A stretch of 64,000 nt of DNA from Felis catus (taxonomy: Eukaryota). Under the pieces are notes generated by a model that worked only from the letters and a program-made list of their open reading frames with translations, was not told the DNA's origin and ran no database searches. This document shows positions 25,071-39,259 of this stretch, in pieces (position 1 is the stretch's first letter; every line of letters starts with the position of its first letter). Where the stretch lies: the NCBI RefSeq assembly GCF_018350175.1, contig NC_058374.1, positions 82,708,001 to 82,772,000 of the forward strand. The letters are read 5' to 3'. The translations under genes were made by a program, and so were the position numbers.

Positions 25071-25280
25071 GGGGGCACTTGAGTGGCTCAGTGGGTTAAG
25101 TGTCCAACGGCTCAGGTTATGATCTCGAGGTTCATGGGTTTGAGCCCCATATCAGGCTCTGTGCTGACAGCTCAGAGCCTGGAGCCTGCTTCGGATTCTG
25201 CATCTCCCTCTCTCTCTGCCCCTCCCTTGCCCACACTCTGTCTCTCTCTCTCTCTCTCAAAAATAAATAAACACTAAATT
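25071..25280 (+). mobile_element. CanSINE
   Basis: SINE head, (CT)n tract and AATAAA tail. Confidence 0.85.
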
Positions 25281-26799
25281 TTTTTTTTCTTTTTTTAATG
25301 AAGAGACAGTGAAACAGGAAATTATTCCAGAGTGGGCAACTGGGAATACTAGAGGTAGCAGTATGATTAGGCAGACTAGACTCTCATTACTAAAAGAATG
25401 GAACCAAGAGGGACAAGGCTTCAGATGACGGGTGCTGAGAGATCTACTCAATACTACACAGGAGCATAGCAACTATTCCAACTCCTCTTGTCAACATCAC
25501 ATGGCTATCAATAGATTAAGGGCTGTATAACAAAGGAATAGGATGATAATTTTTATACATAAAACTGAGATTATTTCATCTTCTGAGCCTGGCACACACA
25601 CTGATTAGTTTACTATACTCATCAGCCACGTTTTAGCGTGGCATTTTTAAACTAACAGAGAGATAAATGTGCAATGCCAGACCCACTTTCTATTTGAGGG
25701 GTTGGGGGTGGGAGTTGTTTCTCCCTCATCCATAACACAAAGGACAATATAATGCTGCTTCCATTTTGACAACACCCTATCTCCCAACAGCCTGACATAT
25801 GCACCTGTACTCCACGAAATGCTTCCACAAACCACTGCTGTTGGCTATACTCAGTCTTCTACTGACAAGTTCCAGACTCAGAAAGCAAACTGTTCCCACT
25901 CTGGGGAAAAAAAAAAAAAAAACAATCTTACTCTGATGCTTCCTTAGCCAGAACAAAACAGGATTTTTCAACTGAGAGGAGGACCAGGAGTCAGGAGATG
26001 GGTTGTGGTCCCAGCTCTGCCAACTGTATGACTTTAAACAAGCCAAGTATCCCTTCTATAGTTTTTAATGTCTTCACCCGATAAGTAGGGAAGATACCTG
26101 CCTTATCTACCTAATATGTTGTACTAGAACAATCAGAGACATAATAAATATGAAAACATACTGAATACAGCTATGTCTCAGGTAAGGTTTTGTAGTAATA
26201 GAATGCAAAATAAATTTAAGAGTACCGAAGGCAGGTGAGGAAATGCTTGAAAGAAGCTTGGTTCCTTTTTAATTACTAGGAACCAGGCCCAGCCACAAAG
26301 TCGGCTGGACACACAGGGTAGTACCACTATCATATCACTCAGATTCCCTAACACTAGTCTACCCCATTCCTATCTGGAGGGAAACTATCAGCCAGCAACA
26401 CTATCAGTTTCTTGTCCTATTGTCAGACTCTAAAACCACCTGTATAGGAAGTGATTAGACTGTCACTATCACAGCCCATCCCCCATGAACAGTGGCTCCT
26501 TAATAGCCACACTTGTTGTTAGGTGGAATGAAGTCAGTTTGTGAATGGGGAAGATGTCTGTCAGTCCCTCAAGCAAAACACTCTCACCTCTCTTAGTTTT
26601 CTGCTCCTTCTCCAGCCCCCTCCTTCCCACTCCCCAATTTCACAGAGTTCTGGGTTGGGGAAGGCTTTCCGGTGAGTGAAGTCTGCATAAAGGGCCTGGC
26701 TGCAAACCCAAGGAAGGGATGTAAGGAATGTGAGATTCCTTCACGGAGGGGGGGAGGGGGAGGGGGGGAAGGAATGGAGAAGGAAGACAAGGCTGCCAA

Positions 26800-27900
26800 A
26801 GACAAGGCACGGGAGAGGAGCCAAGCTATGGCGCTTCGAGGGCGGGGGTTCAGGTTCCGCCACCCCTGCCCAGGCTGGCCCCCAGAATATTCCCTTCCTC
26901 CCCTCTCAACCCGTCAACACTGCCCATTTAAATACCACGTTTCAACCCCAGGTCCCTTCTTTCCTGTCCTCCAGCCAGCCCAGACCCCCCTCCCGCACTT
27001 AAGGCTACCCTACTCCAATGGACCTCCCCCGCAACCCACCCTCCAGCGCCCCTTTCTCACCTCCCGACTCCTCCCTATCCCTGTTCCCTTGCTCCATTTT
27101 TCATCTTTACTCCTAACCCTTCTCCTGACCTCCAATATCTCGAACCCGTGCCCCAATCCCGGTGGGACATCGCCCCCTCCCCTCCCACACCCTCTTTTAG
27201 GTGGGAGTCGGCGCAGGCGCAGTACGCACCGCCCTGGAAGCGGTCTGGACTCTCCGTACCCCGGCCCGGCTGGAGCTGAGGCCGCAGCGGCCACGGAATA
27301 GCTCGGGTGCCGGGTCCCAGCCTTTCCTGGGAGGGGAAGGGGAAGGGGAAGGAGAGGAAAGGTTCCAACCACTCGTCGCCTTGTGAGACGGATCCCTTGC
27401 CCCGCCTACCACTGCTACGCAGCCCGGCGGAATCTCGTCACCAAACTCCGCCTCTCTGTTTAACTCGGACCTAGACTAGACGCCAAGAGCGACCAACGAG
27501 GAGGGAGGAAGGTTAGCCGGGCCCCCTCTCTACACCGGAAATCTTTATGATCCCAACGAGGACTATATAGCCATCTGGGAGGGAGAACTCTATGTTCTTC
27601 CCAGCATGAGTGTTGGGGGTGGAGCCGGAGGCTGGCTCCCGGGAGGCAGAGGCTTCGCTTTGGAGAGGTGTACGTGTCCCATCTCCTAAAGTTGATGCCA
27701 CGAGATGCGAGATCGTTGCGAGGAGGCTGGCCTGCAGTGTGACCTGCCATCTCCCGTTACTAAAGTGGTGGTCAGCATCCCGGAGCCTCCCGAACCTATG
27801 ACTTGTAATCACGGGAGTGAATACGGCGACCACGGGTGGAGAATTGGAGTGTCTAACCGCAAAGCTTTAATCTAAGGTGCCCAACGGGTTCCCTACCTCT
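26800..27900. promoter_or_regulatory. CpG island / RNF41 promoter (divergent to NABP2)
   Basis: High CpG density, GC boxes, and a ZNF143-like TTCCCAGCATG at ~27598-27608. Confidence 0.75.
27230..27420 (-). other. RNF41: RNF41 first (non-coding) exon; boundaries approximate
   Basis: Lies inside a CpG island. Candidate donors are GCG|GTGCGT (27230) or GGG|GTACGG (27260). The TSS cannot be determined from sequence. Confidence 0.55.
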
Positions 27901-28543
27901 CCTCGCCGCACTCCTGTTGTGTCTACGTTGGCTCTCCGGACACTCATAGAGTTCCCTGAAGCACCTAAGGGCAGGGAAGGGAGATAAAATGTCCCTCTTC
28001 CTAGGTTGTGCCTTGATTTCCTTCGGATACGACACCGTAGTTGAGGGGTGTGGGAAGGAGAGAACCTGGGATCCGAGGAAAATCAAGGCGGAGCCTAAAG
28101 CTCTCTAGAAGGTAAGGGATTAATTAAACCAAAGCATTACAACTACATGACCTCTTAAGCTAATCTGATATTAAACAGTATTTGTTATGGATATTCGCTA
28201 AACAAATGGTAGTGCTTTGTACATATGTAATTGGTTTATACACAACATTACAGAACTAGAACCTTTTGTTGATTTTCTAACAAGTCCCAAGGGGAACTAA
28301 AGGTTTGGGCCTCCTCTGTTAAATCCTCTGGGGTCTGGGAGAGGAGGCGGGCCAGACCCTGGATCTAGTGAGGTAAGTACATTAGGAAGAGGTGTCTTTC
28401 AGACTCTGGGAGAGACTAATGCAAATGCTGTTCTCTGTGCCCCGGGTTCCATTCTTTCAAAAAGGGTGTCTGCCTCTGGTGTGAAGGCCACTTTTTCCAA
28501 AACCCTGACCGCGCTGGGTCGTGCATTAAAAATGAGGACCCCA

Positions 28544-28765
28544 GGGGCGCCTGGGTGGCTCAGTCGGTTAAGCGGCCCACTTCGGCTCAGGTCATGATCT
28601 CACAGTCTGTGAGTTCGAGCCCCGCGTCGGGCTCTGTGCTGACAGCTCAGAGCCTGGAGCCTGTTTCAGATTCTGTGTCTCCCTCTCTCTGACCCTCCCC
28701 CGTTCATGCTCTGTCTCTCTCTGTCTCAAAAATAAATAAACTTTAAAAAAAAATTAAAAAAAAAT
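28544..28765 (+). mobile_element. Young CanSINE between the RNF41 and NABP2 promoters
   Basis: 16-nt TSD AAAAATGAGGACCCCA at 28528 and 28760; CpGs retained. Confidence 0.92.
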
Positions 28766-29029
28766 GAGGACCCCAAATCAGGAATAGAGATAAGGATTAT
28801 AGCAGTGGGAAAAGAAAGTACCTGTGTGCTAAGCACTGCCTTTTATATAACTTACGTTTTCTTGTCTGCAAAATGCAATTACATATTTAAGAATTGTCGA
28901 GAAAACAAGTGCGGAGCCTGTTTCAGACTTTTGACCACCGTGTTCCAAAACCTCTGGTCCTTTCTCCAGTGTCATGTCTTAAAGAGAAAATTTCAGAGCC
29001 TAGGTACATCCTCCCAGTAAAGGAAAGGA

Positions 29030-29560
29030 AAAGTGGGACTCGAGGCGCCTCCTGGTGGTCAATCTTTCTCCTGGCCAAGCCAACCACCTACCAGGCTCCT
29101 TTAATACCTAAAATCCGCCCCTTTTGCGGCGCGTGAATCTTGGATCCCGGTTGGCTGGGCGGGGTCCAGCGGCGGGCGCGGGGCGCGCCGGGACAGTGCT
29201 GATTGGTCGGAGGCGGCCAGCCGGAAACTTCCGAGAATGTCCGTACTCCCGCGTTCCACCGCGCTGCATCCGGCGGCAGCGGGGCCTGTGGCTCCCCCTG
29301 CGGGCGGCTCTGCTGCGTGCACTGTCCGGCCTGCGGGCTGGGTGGGTGGTGGGTGGTGGGTGGTGGGCTGTGGGTGGGGGAGGGGATGGACCGAGTCCTG
29401 AGTTGTCCGGATGAGGGTTCGGGAAGGTTTGGCGAGTAAGATTCCATTCCTTGGGTCTGCACCAGTTTCCCTACCCCCCCCCCCCCCCCCCCCCCGTCTC
29501 CGTCGGCTCCCCGACTTCTGGGCTTGAGACTGAAAGAGCATCCCGGGACGGGGCCTTCCA
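29030..29560 (+). promoter_or_regulatory. NABP2: CpG island / NABP2 promoter and non-coding first exon
   Basis: GC boxes, inverted CCAAT (TGATTGG ~29200), ETS core CCGGAA at 29221, and candidate donors at 29342 (GTGGGT) or 29436 (GTAAGA). Confidence 0.75.
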
Positions 29561-29770
29561 GTCCCGAAGCAGCCTATACAGAGACCCTGAAATTCTGATC
29601 TTGAAGTTGGAGGCTCCTGGGGAAGTTGGTTTATAACCTTTTAGAAGAATTAGAGGATTTGCGGCTGCCTGACCCCAGCCTAGTGTGGTAGGTAGGCCTT
29701 GGGAAATGGAGCATAAGGGCAAAGACTCCAAGCCTTGAGCCATCATTCCCCTTTCCCCTTTCTAGTGTAG

Positions 29771-33055
<3,285 letters not shown>

Positions 33056-33366
33056 CAAGACGTTCTTCCTCCCTTCCCACCACCCACTATAGCCCAAGTG
33101 TCTCCTAGAACACAGCTTTTTACTAGGCTGCTGGCTTGTGGGGGGTGGGAGTGGATAGGCAGCAGTATTTTATCCACTGAATTTTACTGGAGGGGTGGTG
33201 AGCAGTTGGCCTTATCCACCCTAAGCCCATGCTCCCTGCCTTACCCAGCTAGATCTGCCTATCCCTGGGGATTCAAGGCCCTCTGCCCTCTTTCCCTTTA
33301 GAAACGACAGTCACAGTCTGTTTCTTGTGTGTGTGATGTGGAAATCAAATCGAATCTCTCCTTCCT

Positions 33367-33372
33367 AATAAA
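33367..33372 (+). terminator. NABP2: NABP2 polyadenylation signal AATAAA
   Basis: AATAAA ~310 nt after the stop codon, followed by a U/GU-rich tract (CTTTGCTTTTCGTG). Confidence 0.8.
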
Positions 33373-33429
33373 TGTTACCACTCTGTACTGGACTCCTTTG
33401 CTTTTCGTGGGAAAACGAAGAGGTTAACA

Positions 33430-34435
33430 GTCAGACATGTGGGAAAGTGGGGTGTCCCTAGGAGATAGAAGGAAGACAAGTTACAGGTAAGGAAGCCTAG
33501 GCAAAGCAGGCCTGCCCCTTTAAGGTAGTGTCCCTCCCCTGCCCCCTCCCTGCAGGTGACCCTTGCCCGCTTGCCTGCCTACCCCCCCACAGCTGGAGCC
33601 AAGAAGGCTGTGTCCCCCTTCCTCTGGGCGTCCTTCCAGTCTCCTGCTGTCAGGTAACGCCAAAACCTCGGGCCCCTTGGACTAATTGCCCTAATCAGAC
33701 TGTGCTCCCCTGATCTTAAGCCAGGTCAGACATCTGCAGAGAGCCCAGATATTTCTTTCCTCTTCCCACCAGGGCTTCCCCTTTCTTGATCATCTATTTC
33801 CAGAGCTCTGGCTCTTACTCTGCTGGGACAAGGAGTTGCTAAGAACGCTTTCCTCCCCATGCACCTGGGGTTGCCACTTATCTGCCTCTTCGCCTCTTTT
33901 CCAGCTAAGGGACACCCGAATCCCACTTTCCCGGGGATTGTGGGGATGGAGGTTGGAGATGGAGGAAGCCCAGTACCAGATATAAGGAGTGGAGGGTGGG
34001 GGTGAGAGTATATGCAGGGAAAGGTTAAAATGGTACCACTGGCTTAGTGGGGTGAGTTATTTAGAAGAAAAGGCCAGGCTCAGGGTTTCCTCAGCCATGT
34101 GGCTTTTCCAGGGGCAGAGGGTGGCCCCTCCCTACTCAGGGGCCCCAGCCAAGACTGACCTTTGACCCCCACCCCAGAGACCAGTGAACCATTAACTCCT
34201 CTCTGATGTGAACCTTCCCACACTGGCCCCTCCCCTCCCTGACCCCGCCCCAAAGCAGGTGGGCTGGGAGGGGGGCGGCGTTTGTCCATCCCAGCCCTCT
34301 ATCTGACGTGGCCTCCGTTCCACCAGGGCACCTGGAGGCTGAGCCCCACTCCCCTCCCTGACTCAGGAACCTCTTAGTGTCCACAATAAGGCCTGACCGG
34401 GACCTGAGGTGACGACTCTCACACTGCCAATGAGG
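33430..34435 (+). other. SLC39A5: Candidate SLC39A5 non-coding 5' exons
   Basis: Donors CAG|GTAAGG (33487), CAG|GTAACG (33654) and AGG|GTGAGG (34436); acceptors at ~33592 and ~34326/34367. Usage is inferred, not observed. Confidence 0.45.
34150..34312 (+). promoter_or_regulatory. Putative SLC39A5 promoter/enhancer module (DR1, HNF1-like, GC box, UPRE-like)
   Basis: TGACCTTTGACCC 34156-34168, GTGAACCATTAAC 34184-34196, CCCCGCCC ~34243, TGACGTGG 34304-34311. Confidence 0.55.
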
Positions 34436-34707
34436 GTGAGGCCCTGTGGATTGAAGGGGGACAGAGAGGTGAGGCAGGGTTGAGGGGTGGAGTTTGGAGG
34501 ACAGGATGAGAAGTCAGCTCTGGATCAGGTGAGGGAAGCATTCTGGGTCAAGGAAGGTGTTCTAGAAACTGGAAAACAGGAGGCCTGAGCTGGACAGCAG
34601 AGCAGAAGCCCAGGCCCTTTCTCCTTGTTCTTCCAGGGCACAGTCCTCAGGATGTTCCAAGGGGAATAGAAGCCAGAACCAGAGCCTCTAACCCATTGCC
34701 CCCAATA

Positions 34708-37700
34708 ATGGGGCCCCCAATGAGTCATCTGCTGGCTGGCCTGTGTGTGTGGGTGGCCTTGGGCTTGGCAGGGGGCTCAGCCCCCAACCTGGGCCCTGCT
34801 GAGCAGGAGCAGAACCATTACTTGGCCCAGCTGTTTGGCCTGTATGGGGAGAACGGGACACTGACAGCCGGGGGCCTAGCGCGGCTTCTCCACAGCCTGG
34901 GGCTAGGCCGAGTTCAGGGACTTCGCCTAGGACACCATGGACCTCCGGTTGGTCGGGCTATACCCCCAGTTGGAGACAATTCCACATACAGGTACTACTA
35001 ACCCTTCCTTCCCTTACCCCAAAATGCCACATGCCCACCTCTTCTCAGTGCTTGGATCAGTCTCCAGTTGCCAACCTCTAGCTTCCTAAAGTCAGATTTC
35101 TGGAATTACAAATGTTTCAAAATCTGACTCCTAGTATTCCTTCAAGGCCCCCTTTGCCTCTACTGCTTTCTAATTCTCTACTCTTCCAGATCCCCGGACC
35201 CTCCAATTCTTTGCTCTTAGTCCCAGTGCTCAATGTCTCCAGGCTGACTCGGCTCCCAATTTATAGCATTTTGGCTGCTCTCCCCCCAGCCCCATTTCTC
35301 TTACCCTCACACCCCTCATTCCTAGACTCTCCTATAAATTGACAATTCTCAGATCCTTCTAGAATTGACATTCCACGATTTCTGGGTCCCAGGAACTCAA
35401 GCTAGTGGCTGGTCTTCCCTTTCCCCTTAAGCACCCTAGGAACCTCAAGGGGAGTTTCTTAAAGAACATGAGTAAGTCTGGCTTGCTATCCCCTCTGCTC
35501 CAGATCACAGGACCCTGAGCTGAGTGTGGATGTCTGGGCTGGGCTGCCTCTGGGTCCCTCAGAGTGGGGTGACCCAGAGGAGCCAAAGGCCCCAGCATCG
35601 CCCCGTGGGCCAGCCCCCTCTGGCCTGGACCTCTTTCACAGACTTCTGCTGCTGGACCATTCATTGGCTGACCATCTGAATGAGGATGTGAGTCTGTTGA
35701 TCTCCAGGGTGGGGGTTGGGGGGAGAAGGACTATGGGATTTAGATGGCCCGAAATTGTTTAAAGAGTAATTTAATACAGTTAATTAAAAAAAAAAAAAAA
35801 AAACCCAATCCAGATGTGATCTTAGGGTATGTTATTCCAAGAGCGAAATACGCTTCTTCTGGGCTCAGCGTACATGAACCCACACCCAAGTCTCCAAGGA
35901 CAGGTTTAGGGGCCACACTTGGTGGCAAAGCAGAGAATCCAGAGAAATAGCTGAGGGTAGGATCTGGGGCTGGCTATCTGGAGAGGAAACCTGCAGGGAG
36001 TAGATGGCTGTCTTCAGCCAGAAAGGCAGTGAACGTGTTCCATGTACACCAGAGGGCAGCCAAAGCTAACTGTGAAGCAGGCCTGGTGAGGGTGGGCACC
36101 CCATCACAGGAAGCACTCAAGCCAAGCCTGGATGAACATGTAACAGGACTGCTGCGAGGAAGTTGGATGGCATTTCAGATTCTTTCCCTTCTAAGATTCT
36201 GCCATGGAGTGCTCTAGTTGTCCAACCAACTCCATCACCAAATCGTTGAAATCATCAGGAGCTTGGGAGGGAGAGAGATGGTGGCAATGTTTACTAGCAC
36301 CCAACCTGCACTGAATTGAATATTTGCACTGGATTGAATATCCACTAATAATTAACACACACTGATCCTGTGGAGCCACCCCAGTCCCTGATGCACCTGC
36401 CAGCATAAGCAAAGGGGATCCTGGAGAGACCCAAGAATCCATACAATGGAAAGACAGACATTAAAGATCACAGTTCTCAGCAATGCCCCAATATATGACC
36501 TCTAACTCAACTCCCTTAGTGTCTGAATGGCTCCCAGCTGCTGGTCAACTTTGGCCTGAGCCCTGCTGCTCCTCTGACCCCTCGTCAGTTTGCTCTGCTG
36601 TGTCCAGCCCTGCTTTATCAGATTGACAGCCGTGTCTGCATCCAGGCCCCAACCCCAACCCCCTCAGGGGATCTTCTGTCTGGTCAGTGGGTGAGAGTGG
36701 GTGGCAGGGTGCCTTGAACCCTGGCAGGGAGTGGGCCCCTGGCCAAGCAAGATGGGTTTGTCGGGGTCCTGCCTCCCTTTGCAGTGTATCTCTGCCCTGC
36801 ATTTCTTCTGAGGCCCTCCTTCCAACCCTAGCCTAACTTCAGTCCCTGATTCTCCCCAGCCTTGGTTCATAGCGCCCTGGCAGTCCTGCTGCTCAGCCTC
36901 CCTGCTCCCCTCTCCCTGCTGCTGCTGCGGCTCCTGGGACCTCGTCTATTACGGCCCCTGCTGGGTTTCCTGGGGGCCCTGGCCGTGGGCACTCTTTGTG
37001 GGGATGCACTGCTACACCTGCTGCCACATGTACGTGAAGCCCCTTCCTTGCTCCCTGCCCCGTGATGGGCAGCCTCCACGTACCCAAGGTGTTCCCAGTC
37101 ACAGGACATCCCCTCCTCATTCCTGTCAGATTTCACGCGCCACTCCCCAACCTCAGCTTCAGCCCACAGCTGCCTTCTAGTAGCGAGTGAAGGCTTGCCA
37201 CGTCCCACACAGGAGGGGGATGTTGTCGGGTGCGGGGGCTTCTGGGGTCTGCCCTGACCCCCTCTCTGTCAGGCACAAGGAGGGCAGCATGCTGGACCTA
37301 ACGGACAACCAGAGGAGGACCTGGGACCAGGACTGTCGGTACTCGGAGGTCTCTTCCTGCTCTTTGTGCTGGAGAACGTGCTAGGGCTTTTGCGGCACAG
37401 AGGGCTCAGGCCAGTGAGTGATACCCTTTTCTCCTCCTCCTGCCAAAACTAGAGTCCTGGCCAAGAACTGGCCACGCAAGCCAGGAGGTGAGGGTGTGGG
37501 GTGTGTTCCTGGTGCGCTGATGTTTTCCTGAGTGTGCAGTCCTGACAACTAACAGAGAGTGGGTAGGGGGCTCCTTAGCATAGACCTGGGACTCCTGGCC
37601 AAGCGGCCTCCTCTCCCAAGTTCAAGTCAACAAGAAACAAGGAGTGCCAACCTGGGAAGAGAGCGGAAAAGCCAAAAAATATCTCCAAGTGCCAGAGGTG

Positions 37701-39082
37701 AACCCAGGTGTTCACTTTCCCAGCTGGTAGCCAGGCCTCTCCTTAGCCCCTGGCTCTGTTGCCTCCTCCACCAGGAGGGATACCCTCCCATTTCAGAGAT
37801 GCTGCAGGCGAAAAAGACAGGATTTCAGAGCACCAGCCCTGGACCTGGAGGATGGCAGTGGGATGGCCCTTCAGCCCCTGCAGGCAGCTCCAGGTAACCA
37901 GAAGAGAAAATGAAGAGTAGGCTCCCAGCTCCCGGTTCTCACTTGCAGCCACTGGCACTGTTCTTGTCCTTCCTGCAGAGCCAGAAGCTCAGGGCTGCCA
38001 TGGGGAGCAGGACAGCCAGCCCCCACCAGCCCCAGCTCCTACTGGGCACCAAGGCCACAGTCACGGGCACCAGGGTGGCGGTGATGCCAATATAACGTGG
38101 ATGGTCCTCCTGGGAGACGGTCTGCACAACCTCACTGATGGGCTGGCCATAGGTGTGATGGGAGGAGAGGGCTACCAGGAAGTGGGGGAGGGAAGGGAAT
38201 GCAGGCCCCTGTGCCCCTGGGGAGAGCTTTCTCCCAGGCTGATGACCTCCAATCCTGCCAACCCCAGGTGCTGCCTTCTCCGATGGCTTCTCCAGTGGCC
38301 TCAGCACCACCCTAGCAGTCTTCTGCCATGAGCTACCCCATGAACTGGGTAGGAATGGCAGAAGTGGGGTGGGGTGGACTCTAGAAAGGAGAGGCCTCCA
38401 AGGGGTGGAATTTAGGAGGCTGGCAGGTGACAGGGGTGAGGGACGGCCCTGGCTTATTATTCCCTCCCACCCTGTCGTCTCTTCCTCACAGGTGACTTTG
38501 CGATGCTGCTCCGAGCAGGGCTGCCCTTTCGGAGGCTGCTGCTGCTGAGTTTGGTGTCTGGAGCCCTGGGACTAGGGGGTGCAGCCCTGGGGGTGGGGCT
38601 CAGTTTGGGCCCTGTCCCTCTCACTTCCTGGGTGTTTGGGGTCACTGCTGGGGTCTTCCTCTATGTGGCCCTTGTGGACATGGTGAGAGGTGTGGGGTAG
38701 TGCAGGGAAAGCAAGGGAGGCAGGGAGGTGGGTTCAGCGGAGGGGGACGTATGGGTCCTTCCGCCTCCACCACTGGCTACCTGGAAAGGTGCTGGACCCA
38801 GGCTGGGTGGAGTCTGAGAAACAAGGGCCTGGAAGAGTTCAGAGAGGTTGCCAGTACTTTCTGACGCCTCCTTCTCATGCTTGACATGGGGTGGTGCAGA
38901 GACAATGCCAGGATCCTGATGCTCTTTTTTTCTTTCAGCTACCAGCCCTGCTTCGGCCTCCCGAGCCCCTCCCTACGCTCCATGTGCTACTGCAGGGGTT
39001 GGGGCTGCTGCTGGGGGGCAGCCTCATGCTCACCATAGCCATGCTGGAGGAGCAGCTATGGCCCCTGGTCTCTGATGGCTGA
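34708..39082 (+). CDS. SLC39A5: Zinc transporter ZIP5 (LIV-1 subfamily), 542 aa
   Basis: Exons 34708-34991, 35504-35687, 36520-36682, 36860-37029, 37273-37413, 37797-37893, 37979-38152, 38268-38348, 38492-38682, 38939-39082 total 1629 nt in frame. Signal peptide, CPALLYQ motif, His loop [12 protein letters not shown]4 [10 protein letters not shown] and TM5 [12 protein letters not shown] are all present. Confidence 0.97.
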
Positions 39083-39259
39083 TGGGGGCCAGTGGNNNNN
39101 NNNNNNNNNNNNNNNNNNNNNNNNNNNNNNNNNNNNNNNNNNNNNNNNNNNNNNNNNNNNNNNNNNNNNNNNNNNNNNNNNNNNNNNNNNNNNNNNNNNN
39201 NNNNNNNNNNNNNNNNNNNNNNNNNNNNNNNNNNNNNNNNNNNNNNNNNNNNNNNNNNN

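Noticed and set aside
4480-25277. Recurrent short ORFs such as MAQSVKRPTSAQVMISRF
   Set aside because: Translations of CanSINE copies, not a protein family.
26672-27301. 209-aa plus-strand ORF over RNF41 exon 1/intron 1
   Set aside because: GTG start, Pro/Gly-rich low-complexity product and no recognisable domain; expected by chance in a GC-skewed CpG island.
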